A stretch of DNA of 64,000 nt from Trypethelium eluteriae. Lineage: Eukaryota. Numbering within the stretch: position 1 is the stretch's first letter; the number at the start of each line of letters is the position of its first letter. Where the stretch lies: assembly GCA_051942245.1 (NCBI GenBank), contig JAVECL010000003.1:62001-126000 (forward strand). The letters run 5' to 3'. Under the pieces are notes generated by a model. The model had not been told where the DNA came from. It worked only from the letters and a program-made list of their open reading frames with translations, and made no database searches. The translations under genes were made by a program, and so were the position numbers. Below, piece by piece: positions 1 to 14,509 of the stretch.

Positions 1-3000
1 AGAAGAGATGGTGAGGAGCAGAGCATGCTCCAGGCCATCTACCTTTCCAAATTTTATCTGGCCGGAAATCAATGAGGCAAGAAAGAAAATTTAGTCACCA
101 TTGCTTGGCTGGTAATAGCTGTGCCTTTGCAAATGACCTACTGATAATTGCTTGGTCACACACCACAATCTTGCAGCTCCGAGGAATCTCCGTTTATTTC
201 CAGCTCATCGTGCTCCAGCTTTGGGCAAGGTTGCTTTGGATTCACCGAACAGCTAGAGGTTTATTCCTTTCCAGATCTTCCGACCGGCTTGTTTTGCTGT
301 ATCAGCAAAACAGCATCACTTCATTGGACACCAAACTTGTCCGACGATGATGGAGACTGTGAAGAGTCGCTAGGCTGAATCTAGCTTGGCAGAGGCATAA
401 ATGGTAGCTCTATAAATTCCAATGCCAGCCCGTACCCAAGACAGTGCAACGGCCTACTTATTTTGGGCTGAAAGACAATAAAAGCATGAACGGGAGGGAC
501 AGTCTTGGCGGGCGGAACAATTACCAAAATGACTACAAGTGGATTGCCTACCACTGTACTCCTTAGATTGTTGGTTGTCATTCATTTATCCGCACAAATT
601 CCCAGGCATAAGAGGCGACGCCCTGTCGTACGTCTCCCACGCTCGAATCGTGGTAAGATGAATAAGGCGGGGAGAATATCGTGATACCGTCATTCCTAAC
701 GAAATAGTCACTGCCATGGCGCTGCAGAGTCCAGGTTTGACGGCCCAGATAATGCGAGCTTTCAGCTATCGGTTATGTATGGAACCAATGCATGCCGGAA
801 GCTAACAGCTTCCTAACCAACTTGGCGACGGCGCTGAGCAGCTTTCTTTAGTAGAGCATGCATCTGGGCTTATGTTGATGCGGATACTGCATAATATTGC
901 ATGCGCAATGGATTATACCCGTGAGCTCAAGGTATGGTAGATTCCGTTTAGAAGCATTCGAAGCAGCTTGGAACGTTGGTCTGCAGCGACGGCTGCAAGT
1001 CCAAGTGGGGGCAATGGTGTCTGCATCGAAGTGCAGGCCTAGAGCTAAGGCCGGACAGCCGATGATCGAGATTGACCGGGTGTTCTGCAAATTGTGAAGC
1101 CCATAGTCTCTCGAATATGTTGATTGAATGGATTCGGTCTCGTATCTGTAAGAAGCCAGTGATGAGCAGCATATTCGTGACGATTATTCCTCCCCGAGTT
1201 ACCTGAGCGAAATGGCTCGTTACGTGGGACGCAGTGCGCTTCCAGTCCGGATAGGGTTAGGCGAGGCATGGGGGATGCCCTCTTCGGCAGTCTTGTGGGC
1301 GTATTCCACGTTGGAGTACGGAGTGAACTGCAAGGTGACGAGAACGTGCGCGGAGGTTTGATACATTTCGAAGGAAATAGAGAAAAAGCATTGCCTTGAC
1401 TGGCTCAGCGCAACGAATTAGGTGGATGTTGGTCATAAATGATATGACATCAAGTGCTGACCGAGCGCGCGCTTCCCCAGGGGCCTGCACATCATCACAT
1501 TGCGACGGGTCCACCCATTCGCAAGACGCGAGATTTCGTGTGATGATGCCAGAAAGCAAGCGCTTTACGGGGTAGGGCTTCCGAGATTGGCGAAGTGGAG
1601 CGCTGGGCGACGGAAGTAGGTGGACCACGTAGTTTTGCAAAACTCTGAAGTTACTTCACGAAGCCCTGAAGCAGCTGCACTCATTGCGTTCGGAAGGTTT
1701 CCAGAAGACGACAGATCTGGATACGGTAGGCTGCCCACGGCCACCCAGACGGCCGAGAGAGGCGATGGTCGGCGTGATGCTGGTTGGTGGGAAGGCACTG
1801 CAGGCGACGGAGGATGGTGGCACAACAGCGTTCTGCCGCGGCCGCGATACGGGCGCAAATCAGTGTTTCAGAGTGGCAGAAGAGCGTTTTCTAGTCTGCT
1901 GCCCGAGGAAACGAACCCCTGAATTCTCAGGCTAGCGGCACTTGTGCATGAGTTGTGGAGACTTATGGAGGCTTATGAAGATTTATGGCCAGTTGTGCAG
2001 CGGGACCTGCAGCAAGCAGCGACCCCAGCGTCAGCCCCTTCGTCATCCTTGACGCCAACCCCAGGAACGCGCGACCGGGGGATTGGCCTGGTGTGCTGCT
2101 GTGCTAGCGTGCTGCTGTTTTTCCTCGGCGGCTCTCCGTATTCTTTGGTGCTTTTGCCCACTCCGCTGCTTTTTCCGCATCCTTCAGACGTCCACTCCTC
2201 TTGCGTGCAGCGTCGATCGGGCGGTGATCAGTTGGATGCTCGGAGGGAGCGGCAACGCCAGGCTGCCAGGCTAGGCTGCTAGGTTTTGGCGATAGTAAAG
2301 GACGTGGTACGGAGTACAGACGAGCAAAGCATTGTCTCGGGTGCCCCGTCCGGTGCTGCGCGCACCGTTGGCGCAAAGCCATGTGTAAGAAGTCGATGAA
2401 AGGCAAGGGCACGTTGCCGTGCCGCCCAGAATAGCCAGACGAGGCCGAAAGAGTGACAAGTTAAGCCGGCTTGGGAGAGGCCCCCGGATGGGGTGGTGGT
2501 GGTGGTGGTACTCCAACAGCGCGCACCATGCCTCTCGTGCCAAGCTCCCACCACTCCCCTACGCTATTCCACGCTATTCTACGCTTCCCTGTCACTATCC
2601 CGTACCTACCTTAGTGTGTACGCCCACGACGCCGTACACCTCGCACCCAGCGCCGTGTGCTCTCTCTCCTCTGCTGCAGCTGCGGCCCGTAGAATCCTCA
2701 CGACAGCTGCCACGCGCTGGGCTTGTCCTTCACTCCCTCTTCTGTCCTCTTGTCATTCCTTCCCTCTGGCTTGCCTTGACGTACGCCTCCATTCGCCCGT
2801 TCTTGCTGTTTTCCTCTCCCTCTCCCTCTCCCTCAATCGTCGACCACACCCGTCCTCTCGTTCCCCCAATCTATCCCGGTCTCGCTTGGTTTCAGATTGC
2901 GACATTCCACGACAAGCACCTTCACCTCACGAACACCGCCATTCGGTCCATCCTTCAATACTCCAGCCATCCTATTCACCGTGCTGTTTGTGTTCACGGA

Positions 3001-3423
3001 AACGCCAAACAGTTCCATCCAATTCACTGACACGTGTGGACACCCTCACGCATCCCTTCACCCGCTCAGCCGAAGACGTCTCTTGAAGCGAACAAAACGA
3101 ATGCCCACTAATGTTTGACATGCTATACCGACTCTGATACGACTCTACGACGTCAAGTTATTATCATACTTGTAACGGCTGGAATATTGGGGCGTCGGCT
3201 TCACGTTTTGAGAGAGATCAACACCATACAAGCAGGCACGCGATACTACAGGACCATCGATACCGTATCTCCGAGCCCGAGGATGTCCTCAACTTTGATC
3301 AGAACCTTTGACTCATAGACTTCACCACTTAATCGACAGCAACAGAACTATCGTGTCTGCCGCTTCGATCATTCCTAGGCCGGGGTCGCCTTGACCCTTG
3401 CCCGCCTGGGTGTGCCTACACTC

Positions 3424-6282
3424 ATGACGACTCCACAACCTCCTGTCACGTTGCAAGGCCATTGCTCGGTCATCGACAAGGAAACTCTATACACTTACCA
3501 GTCCAATGCTTTCCAATCTTTACCCCTAAAACAAGGCGCATCATGGACAAAATTACCCATGGGCGCCTCCGTGGACGGCGGTGTATGTGTGAAGGCAGTA
3601 CCTAATGGCGACGAGAGCCAAGCAGCGCTGTATATCGTGGGCGGCACTTCGAGCGATAGCAACTACCCCGGCCTTCAGAGATTCACATTCTCAAACCAGA
3701 AATGGGACACGCTTTCTCCAGTGACAACTGTCACCAAAAACCGACAATGGCATGGCGCCGCCTACCTCAACTCGACATCCTCCATCCTTATTTACGGTGG
3801 CACTCAGCAGCAGAGTGATGGGCAACTCTCATCTCAAACATTCGCCATCTCGACTAAACCTCCGTATAATGTCTTAGCCTTCAACTCACAAGCTCCGCCA
3901 GTGCATTCGCCGATTGTGATGCCTTGGAATGATTCCCACGCAGTCATGATGGGGGGTGCGTCTACTAATACCCAGGTCTGGACTTTCTCTTCAGATGACG
4001 GATGGACCAAGCTTCAAACCAGCCTAACTCAGGGGATCCAGGACAACGATGCCGCCACCGTCGTCTCTGGAAGTGATGGTTCTAAGGTATTAGAGATCTA
4101 TGATACCAGTGTCTCTCCGAACAACGTAACAGAGTATGTACTTCTAAACCCAGGAGGAAGCCCTGCGTCGGTCGGAACAATTCCCGGAAAATCACGCAAA
4201 CGAAAGAGGGATGCGTCGCTCGCGAATTGGCCTGTGTACAATGACACACTCGCTCCTACAACAATCAGAACCGGATCTTCCATCGCACAAGATTCCAACG
4301 GCCTAGCCGTCATCTCCGGTGGTGATTCTCAAAACCCAATCTCCCTTTTCAATCAGCAGGAAAATTCCTGGTTAAATGCAACCCAGTTTTTTGGTACATC
4401 GGAGGCATCGACGCAATCAACTGGCAATCCCTCCGGAACGCCTTCGGTCGTCCTCCCATCTTCATCCACAGCACCTTCCTCAACTTCAACCTCAGCACCC
4501 AATCCTAATCCACCAAAATCGAATACGCTCACCGTACTTGGTGCTACCCTGGGCGCCATTTTCGGCATAGCAGCAATCTTATTATTAATCCTTCTACTCT
4601 TCAGATGGCACAAGGCAAAGCGGAAACGGTCCGAACCAGGATCACCAAAGGACGAAAAAGATCGGTTGAGCTTTATTGACCGTGGAGCGTCTTTTATGAA
4701 AGAAGCGGGTGGGTCCATGGCAAACCTGGATGACTCTCTCAAACCACCATATACCAGGAAAGCCAAAACTAATTCTGCTTCCTCTCTTTCCTCACTGGCG
4801 ATCATTGCTGGTAAGCTCAATCCTTCACAACAACATGGCCACAAGCGTGGTGCTGGAGGTGAAGGGAGCATAAACAGTCGAACAGAGCTCGTGCAGAAGA
4901 AGGTTCACCCACTTGCCAAATCCGAAGTCATGGAAATGGATCGCTTTGACGAAAAGCCAGATATGGCGACAATGAAAAGTCGCGGACCAGTGGCGGATGG
5001 TACGATCAACCCTATGATTCCTGTTCCAGCGCCCTCGCAACAAGCAACTCAGCAGCGAATGTACGAGACACCAGCACCAGCACGAAAGCAACGGAGTTCA
5101 GGCTGGAGTCGATATTTCAATGGCAATGAGGCCACAAATCTAGCTCAGATGCACAGCCATGATCGCTCGACGTATGCGTCTGCAACTGACTCCCGCAGCT
5201 CGGCTGCAAGCCGAAGTAATTACACGGAATCCCGACACCATCCAAATTCCGTGGACATGGTTGCGCCATTAGAACTGCCCGATACAGGAGCTCAATTTGA
5301 TGGAAATCGAATCAGCAGCGTTGTCACGGGGTCTACCAGCGTCAACCATTCTGGCGATGATCTACCTCAGGCACAAAGGGCGCAAATAGGGATGAGTAGA
5401 CCAGAGTCAGAAGCCAGCGAAGCATCCGAGAGCGTGCTTTCTTCAGGTCTACGATCTCATCTTGGCGACGAACCGAGTTCATGGACACCCGGCGGTCTTG
5501 CCTCCAAAGACGAGCGGGGTGGAAGCAGCATCTACACGAACTCCATGCGCGGCTCTGCTCTCCCTGGCGGAGCCGCCACCGTTGCCAACATCGGTCGAAC
5601 ACGTGAAAACACCATCGCTTCATCCGTCTACCCAATCAGCAGCACCGGCAATCGCGACACCATGGACCACGACTTCCCTCGCCCGCCATCCAACACCGGC
5701 AACGCCAGCCCTGCAAACTGGAACCGCGCTCACCCCATCGCACAACCGCCGCCACCGAACAATCTCCATCCTTACGGCACAGCACCCAAACCCGCCTCCA
5801 CCTTCCCAGAGCCGCGATACCCGCCCGCGCCCGTGTATCCCCAAGCGCAATCCGGCCGCGGCACGGGCGCGCCATGGATCTACGGCGGCGGCGGAGTCGG
5901 CGGTCGTGGTCCGGGCTATCGATCGCCGAATGGCGCGCAGCCAGGAGGTGCAGGCGCAGGCGGGAGAGGGCTGTACGACGGGTCGGGCTGGGGCGGTTCG
6001 GGAGGCAACACCCCCGCGACGAGTGTGCACCGGGACAGCGATGCCAGCGACGTGAGCCATCATGTTCACAACGGTATGGACTTCCTTCGACCGGCGACTG
6101 CGGGGACTGCGTCGGCGGGGGTTGGCGGCGCGGGACGCTTGGGACCGGGGAGGGATAGGAGCTCGAGCGATACGGTGTGGCCGAGTGCGGCGGCTGGCTC
6201 GGGTCGAGAGCATAGCCGTGTTGATGATATGAGCTGGTTGAATCTGAATGGGGAAAATGGCATTGGAGGTGGACGACGGTAG
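3424..6282 (+). CDS. Single-pass membrane protein: Kelch/galactose-oxidase-like beta-propeller ectodomain, Ser/Thr stalk, TM helix, long disordered cytoplasmic tail
   Basis: Intronless ORF of about 950 aa, first ATG at 3424. It has repeated Kelch-like GG motifs (LYIVGG, LIYGG, VMMGG, VISGG), an S/T/P-rich stalk and a hydrophobic segment VLGATLGAIFGIAAILLLILLLF followed by RWHKAKRKR. The start is uncertain. Confidence 0.75.
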   Translation: MTTPQPPVTLQGHCSVIDKETLYTYQSNAFQSLPLKQGASWTKLPMGASVDGGVCVKAVPNGDESQAALYIVGGTSSDSNYPGLQRFTFSNQKWDTLSPVTTVTKNRQWHGAAYLNSTSSILIYGGTQQQSDGQLSSQTFAISTKPPYNVLAFNSQAPPVHSPIVMPWNDSHAVMMGGASTNTQVWTFSSDDGWTKLQTSLTQGIQDNDAATVVSGSDGSKVLEIYDTSVSPNNVTEYVLLNPGGSPASVGTIPGKSRKRKRDASLANWPVYNDTLAPTTIRTGSSIAQDSNGLAVISGGDSQNPISLFNQQENSWLNATQFFGTSEASTQSTGNPSGTPSVVLPSSSTAPSSTSTSAPNPNPPKSNTLTVLGATLGAIFGIAAILLLILLLFRWHKAKRKRSEPGSPKDEKDRLSFIDRGASFMKEAGGSMANLDDSLKPPYTRKAKTNSASSLSSLAIIAGKLNPSQQHGHKRGAGGEGSINSRTELVQKKVHPLAKSEVMEMDRFDEKPDMATMKSRGPVADGTINPMIPVPAPSQQATQQRMYETPAPARKQRSSGWSRYFNGNEATNLAQMHSHDRSTYASATDSRSSAASRSNYTESRHHPNSVDMVAPLELPDTGAQFDGNRISSVVTGSTSVNHSGDDLPQAQRAQIGMSRPESEASEASESVLSSGLRSHLGDEPSSWTPGGLASKDERGGSSIYTNSMRGSALPGGAATVANIGRTRENTIASSVYPISSTGNRDTMDHDFPRPPSNTGNASPANWNRAHPIAQPPPPNNLHPYGTAPKPASTFPEPRYPPAPVYPQAQSGRGTGAPWIYGGGGVGGRGPGYRSPNGAQPGGAGAGGRGLYDGSGWGGSGGNTPATSVHRDSDASDVSHHVHNGMDFLRPATAGTASAGVGGAGRLGPGRDRSSSDTVWPSAAAGSGREHSRVDDMSWLNLNGENGIGGGRR

Positions 6283-7029
6283 ATGAATTGTGCGGTGTCG
6301 TATTCATCTCACGGAGCGTACTCTGTGTGGTTGAGGACATGTAGGGTATGTCGCTGAAGCAGCTTGATTGCTGCTTAAGGGGTCGAGCCCTATGCATCAG
6401 CGCCATTTGGCGCGCTTTCTCCTTTTTCTCTTTCTTCTATATATTCTTTTCCTTTTTTCCTTCAGATTCTCTGGACTCTCCATCTGAAGTTTTGGCCTAC
6501 TCGGTTTCCTTTCGCATCTGCATCTTTTGGCGCGCCAGGGCATTCAGGGCATCTTGCGCCGTCCGCTCCCTACCCGACCTACGTCCAATTACTTCTTGGG
6601 CCGCGACGAAAGGTCGGGATAATGTATGTTCTAACGTTTGGGGGTGGAAACAAAAGTCATCTCGAAACTATCACATGGATATAGGAGGGTAGAATTTGAA
6701 GGATGGGGGAATACGCATTGACGAGGACTCGACGATGAGGGGAAACGCGTCGAGTTGGATGCATGCGTGTAACTAGTGAGATGAGGTGTTGTAGTGAGCT
6801 CTCTGTACGCGCATTTTGGCGCCTACGTCTATGTATATCACTTGTATATATGTAACTTGGTATTCTGCAGACCGTCTGAAACCAGCTTATACCAAAATCG
6901 CCAGGAACTAAAGGTGCGAAAATTCCTACATCGTCACTGTTCAAGGCCACCGAGTACTGAAGGATGAGAATGCGCTGAGCAGACCTAATTCTTCATTGAT
7001 TTCTGAAAACCTCAATTTCAGTCTTCCTG

Positions 7030-9120
7030 CTACGCAGCTCCCTGCTCCTTCTTCCACTGTCTCGCCATCATCAATAACTTGCTCATCTTTGCATCACTCT
7101 CATCATCTGCTGGGAACACGTAATCGATAAATTCCTGGAACTCATCCTGACCAGCCAACTTTCTCCTCTTCTTAACTTTGCGCGGCATCTGTTTCTCTAT
7201 CTTTTCCACATCTTCCGTACTGCCGTGTGTATTCTCAAAGCTCTTCCATGCATTGAGCAGAGACAGCCGGTCTTCTTTCAGTTCCTGTTCGCGGTATACC
7301 TTGTGCGCACGCTCAAACACCTTCCTCGCCCTCGCTTTAGCCTCCTCGGAGATCGGTTTCTCTTCCTCATCCTCTTCTTCGGCAGGTGGCTCTTCGTCGG
7401 CAGACGGGGCATTGACTTCGAAATGGGCGTATGAGATCCACACCTTGACATGCTGGGTCTTTTCCAGTAGGCGTTCGTACAGCGCCCGGGTTCGATCATA
7501 CTGTTGTTCCTCCTCTTCGAAATCGATATACGCCTTCCACAGAAGCTCCGGCATATCTAGGGTTTGCTGCTCGACTGCTAGCTCAAAGATCCCCCGTACA
7601 CGATCAAGATCGTCCAGACCCCGTTCAAGCTCGGCGAACTTGATCCAGGCTTGGGTATTCGACGGATTCCATTCGATCCATTTCGTATACAAGGTCCGAC
7701 ATCGAGCAAAGTCGAAAAGTTTCAGTTCAAGCTCGATATAGTTCCTGAATAGCTTGTCCTTGGGACACATACCGAGAGCTTGGCCAAGAGTCTTGCGCGC
7801 GGTAGTCAATTGCATTTGGCGAACCTCGAAATCGGCTTTCAGGAGCCAGATTTTAGCAAATGTAAATTTCTTGTGAGGAATGAGCTTCAAGCAGCCGTTG
7901 TAGATGTCTCGAGCGCTGTCAATATCTTGCGCTTCGAGCTCCTCAAAGAGTGCGTAAAAGATCCAGAGATAGATGTATCTTCGCCAGTGACGTTTTTCCT
8001 GCGTAGGTGGGATCTGGGCGAGGGCTCGTTGGTACACTTCGCGCACACGGGAATGGTCGCCGGATGCCTCTTCCAAGCGCGCGTAATCGATCCAGGCATC
8101 ATAGTCTTTAGGACGTTCCTTCACCACTTCTTCGTACTGTACTCGTCGTTTGGAGGCGATGACATCTTCAACACCCTCTCGTTCGCCAAACTGCTTTTCA
8201 AATTGTGTGTATTGTTTGTGCAGGTGTGCTGACTTGGATCGTGACATCCGGTCCAAGGCATACTTGTAGATTGCTCGCGCCCGCTCGTACTCTTTGAGTT
8301 TCGATTCAAATTTCGCGTAAGCAATGAATAGTTTTTCGTCCATGAAGTCATCACCAAGGGTCTCGACTGCCATTCCGAAAACCTCCCGTACGAGGTCTGA
8401 AGTGCCGTTCTCCTCTTCGAAGCGGGCCCATTTGATCCAATTCTTTGGTTCTGGATGAACGATGGTGAAGCGCTGATAAATGTCACGAGCTCTCTGGAAT
8501 TCTCCGTATCGCTTCTCAAGCTTTATATAAGCGCTCCAAGCAGCTTCATCAGGCTCCCAGCTCATCCATCGTTCGAACACCTGTCTCGTGCCAGGGATAT
8601 TGACAAGCGTTTCCTCCATCCATACATATTTGAACCATAGTTTGTCGATCTACGTCATGTCAGTATCCATGTCGCAGAAATAGGGAATTGAAGGATAGCT
8701 ACGTACCCTTGGTAGGATCGTAACTGCCCGGTCGAGAAGATTCCTCGCATGATTGATGTTGCGATTCTTGATCTCACTATCCACATAACGCAGCCAGAGG
8801 GTCACTTCCGTCGGCAGGACGTCCAAAGCTCTCTCAAACACGGATCGCGCCCTTCTGAATTCTTTCTGCTCCAGTTCCCAGGCTGCATACCGTGTCCAGT
8901 TGTCAAGCCGTATCCGATTGCGCCGCACATAGTCCTCAAACTCTCTTCGTTTCCTGCCTTGATACTCGTGTAGCTCTTCAAGGTCGGCGAAGCGGGTAGT
9001 GGGAGCTTTGAGACCGGGTTCTTGACGATCGACAGCTTCACGGAGGAGCTGCTCGGCGGAGATCTGCACTTGCGCGGGCGCCTTGTTTCGTACTCTAGGA
9101 GGTCCGCGCGATGAGTCCAT
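7030..9120 (-). CDS. CLF1: Pre-mRNA splicing factor Clf1/Syf3 (crooked neck, HAT repeats); exons 9120-8707, 8649-7030
   Basis: N-terminus [22 protein letters not shown] and HAT repeats ([25 protein letters not shown]). A 57-nt intron at 8706-8650 (GTACGT...CTGAC...TAG) joins TILPR to IDKLWFKY in frame. Confidence 0.97.
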
Positions 9121-9381
9121 TTTGCTGGTAGCAGCTGCAGACGCTGACTCTGAATCTCAGAAGCAGGTGTGTTACAAAATAGTAGCGCGCCCTGGTGAAG
9201 AGTTGGGTACGGTGAAAGTCGGCAGAATCAATTTCGTTCGCTGACTTGTTACGTCAGCGCCTAGCTTCCTGCTGCACATTAACCTGCACATTAGCGATAT
9301 CCACTCACCCACTCACCTGCAACACACACCACCGACTCCACCCAGAAGCTGGTGCATCTTGGCGAGGTCTTACCAGGCGCG
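9121..9381. promoter_or_regulatory. Probable bidirectional promoter and 5'UTRs shared by CLF1 and PRP31
   Basis: Only 261 bp separate the two divergent ATGs. Confidence 0.6.
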
Positions 9382-11286
9382 ATGGCGACCCTTGCAGATG
9401 AGCTTCTAAACGATTTCGAAGAAGATGAAGGTCAAGAAGAGGAAGACGAAAATGAGCACCTCACCACGGGAGATGGTGTGGCTTCCACGCCAACTGCGAA
9501 TGTATCGAAAACAAGAGAAGCCGCTCTAGATGGTGCGAGAATGGAGCTCGATGACGGTGATGAAGCAAGCGACGAGGATGAGGAGCTGATGAATGGTAGC
9601 ACTGTTAGCAAGGTAATGGAAGATGCAGAAGATGCCGATGAGACAAAGGAGAGAGTCGAGAAGATGCAGCTTGGAGGCATCAGTGATGTGAGAAGCGTTG
9701 CCAATCTTATGAGGTCCCTGGAACCTGTTCTGCAGGTAAGTACTTTCTCTGCTGGCTCTTTGCGAATGCGCAATTTACATAGAACGACAGCCCTGACTTC
9801 GGCCGTCCTATAGAAAATTACACACTACCAAAACCTACCTCCCGAGAAGCAGAGCAAGAATGTCGGCTCGATCGAAGACAATCCCGAATACAAGCTCTTG
9901 ACGCAGTCGAATACAATGTCGACGCAGATCGATGGGGAAATCATCCTAGTCCACAAGTTCATTCGAGACCACTACTCTACGCGCTTCCCAGAGCTTGAGA
10001 CTTTGATCAGCAACCCGCTGGACTATGCAAAGACAGTGGCAATCCTTGGCAATGGGCCAATGGATAAGGTCAAGAGCATAGCGGAATCATCAAATAATAT
10101 GGTCGGCCAATCCCTACGCTCCGTGCTTGATGGTCCCAGCCTCATGGTTGTCACTGTTGAATCCTCCACAACTCGCGGCCGTAATCTGGATGACTCAGAG
10201 CTACAAACAGTTCTCAATGCATGTGACATGACATTGAAGCTCGACCGTGCAAAGCATATCCTCACCTCCTATGTACAATCCCGCATGAATCTCTTTGCGC
10301 CAAACCTCACAGCTCTCATTGGCTCTCTGACTGCTGCTCAATTACTAAACTATGCTGGTGGACTAACTGGTCTAGCTAAGACTCCTGCGTGTAATATTGC
10401 ACCTCTTGGCTCTAAAAAACAATCCGGATTGGGCTTCGCTACAAACGTTGGCATTCGCCACCAAGGCTTCCTTTACCACTCACCTCTCATCCGCAATATC
10501 CCCACCGACTTAAAGAAACAAGCATTACGCATTGTTTCGTCCAAGGTCATCCTTGCTGCCCGCGTCGACCACGTTCACAGCGCCCTGGATGGTTCTACTG
10601 GCGAAGAGCTCAAAACCCAATGTCTTGAGCGTTTGGAGAAGTTGACTGAGCCTCCACCTAACAAAGGCGTCCGTGCTCTTCCTGCGCCAGATGACAAACC
10701 CAGCCGAAAGCGAGGCGGTCGAAGAGCTCGAAAAGCGAAGGAGGCTACAGCCATGACGGACCTCCGCAAGTCGCAAAACCGGATGGCATTTGGCAAAGAG
10801 GAGGCCGAGGTGGGCTACGGCACCGGTGATGGAACAAAAGGTCTTGGTGTGATCGGTCAAGAGGACCGTGGAAAGGTTCGTCGGGAGGTGATCGATCAGC
10901 GCACCCGGGCGAAGCTATCGAAGAAGAATCCTGGCTGGGGTGGTGGTACTACTACTAATGTCGGCGGCATGGCTTCTAGTCTGAAATCAGGTGGAGCAGG
11001 AAACGCATCAACCTTACGTGCGCAAGGACTACGCACTGCAGGAGTAGGAGGCACTGCCACGGCGGGAACCGCAAGTAGTATCGCCTTTACACCGCTGCAA
11101 GGCTTGGAATTGGTAGATCCGAAGGTGAGAGAGCAGATGAATCGAAAGGAGCAGGCGGAGAAGGACAGGTGGTTCAAAGGAGGCACTTTCACAGGTGTGG
11201 GTGGCGGACAGACAAGTTCGGCAGGTGGCGGAAGCGGTTTCAAAGTCCCGGAATTACCCAAGAAGAGGAAACTGGAAAGTGACTGA
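9382..11286 (+). CDS. PRP31: U4/U6 snRNP protein Prp31 (NOSIC/Nop domain); exons 9382-9735, 9814-11286
   Basis: Motifs MATLADELLNDF, HKFIRDHYSTRFPELE, APNLTALIG, LAKTPACN, KRGGRRARKAKE and NRMAFG. Intron 9736-9813 (GTAAGT...CTGAC...TAG) is in frame. Confidence 0.96.
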
Positions 11287-12382
11287 AGCTCTTCTTACAG
11301 ACCTTCACGGGTGTGGAATTGGGCGACTTGCCTCTTCTCGGATTCATATAATCATTGTAGCATTTTGCATGGCCCGGCGCTCTGGCTGGGAAACCATGAT
11401 GGCTTCTTAACTTTTAGAGAGCGAGGGAACCAACACATCAATGTTGATCATTATACTTAGATTTCGCTGAGCTCTTTCCATAAACAAGGTACCTACCTTG
11501 GTATGTACATCATTTCTTGTGGTCCACTTCTTTCAGCGATTACTTGTACTGTAATAACGGCCAAGCTCCTCTTAATGCGTAAGAACCCTTGATGTCATGT
11601 GTAATAGAAGTCCCGAAGTGATATGCAAAACAAAATTTTTGAGTATCAATATTAGGTACACTGAGGTATTCAGTTGCAAAGCAGGGATTTTTCCTCAATC
11701 CAAAATTCTTTTGACGCGCGATGCACACAGGTCAAAGCACGAGCCTATCGATGTCGCAAGGCCCAAAGAGTAACGAATATGGAGTCGTCTGAAGAAAATG
11801 TTTGTATTGCCAGGCCTCCCATCCATGACGATGCTGTCGTATCTCCAGTGACGGAGTCTTCTCCGGATTAGCTCAAGCTACAAAGCTTGATCTAAGTCAA
11901 TACCCTTGGTCCTAATGACCGCGTGTCGAACTGCAGCGTGACGACCTCATTGCTAACACAATGAGCGAGCCTATGTCAGAATAATGCTGAAAGAAATCTA
12001 GACCTTTAGCTCCTGCCGACGGAGCTATCCGGCAACAATCGCAAGGCCTCTGAATAAGGAAGTCTCGGGACGCAGTTGATGGTCTTCTACCAAATTTCCC
12101 AGACAACACTAAATTAAAAATGGTCGAAGGCGTCAACTAAAATAGGTCAAGGAGAGACTAAAGTACCTTCGAAAGCGTTGCCGGAGGTTCAGCTCCTCGA
12201 CGACAAAACGGATCGGACTCCGTTGACCGGACAGGGCACAGTGACTAGTGACGCTGAGAGACCCTTTAAGCGGAAGCGGGTGGGATGATTTCTGCCTCTG
12301 CCCTCAAATTCTCTTCTCCCCCACATTGACTTCTTTATCTACTACCCCTCTTTCCCATCTCTCAAAACTCAATTCCACCATC

Positions 12383-13961
<1,579 letters not shown>

Positions 13962-14509
13962 GGGAGCGAAGGGGCGCGGAAATGCAACAGGGGGCGGCAC
14001 TCGGGCCGTAAGCGTCAGTTGGGTGCCGAAGGCTAGAGACGCAGGGCAGGTTTTGGCCTCCTCACGGGGATGGGGGCGTGGGGCATTGTCTCGATGCTTC
14101 AACACGCTTCATGAACAGCGAGCATTTCGTTGTCTTCAACAGCATATTAATGGCGAATCATCGGCCGCATCAACGCGAGCTGGACACCGGCGCACGGGCG
14201 TTGCCCTACAGGAGGGCGGGCTTTCACGTCATGTCAACCATGAACAACTATGTAGATACACATAAAACGAATACCAGCATCTTCCACTCACGCACTCAGT
14301 AATGATACGACGTCCGTGGTTTGCAATTCCGATAGCAGGGGTTCCTGATTGGTAGGCTTGGCGGGGTCTGGCGCGGTCGCCCTCAACGTCAGGCCCACCG
14401 CTTCTCCTACCCCCCCAGCCCTACTCATCAGAGCGTGACGTTTTGCCCTGCGCGAAGACAAGCTGCGAGACTGCGCCGCCGTGGCGGGTCTCAAGCACCC
14501 AAGGACTGA

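Noticed and set aside
1..2400. Short ORFs at the window start
   Set aside because: No coherent gene model. The minus-strand frames contain several stops and no recognisable family.
2419..3086. Two ORFs of about 200 aa
   Set aside because: They have non-ATG starts and lie in CT-rich low-complexity promoter or leader DNA.
5462..6406. Long overlapping ORFs of 197-256 aa
   Set aside because: Shadow frames of the GC-rich 3' end of the 3424-6282 gene, with no recognisable motifs.
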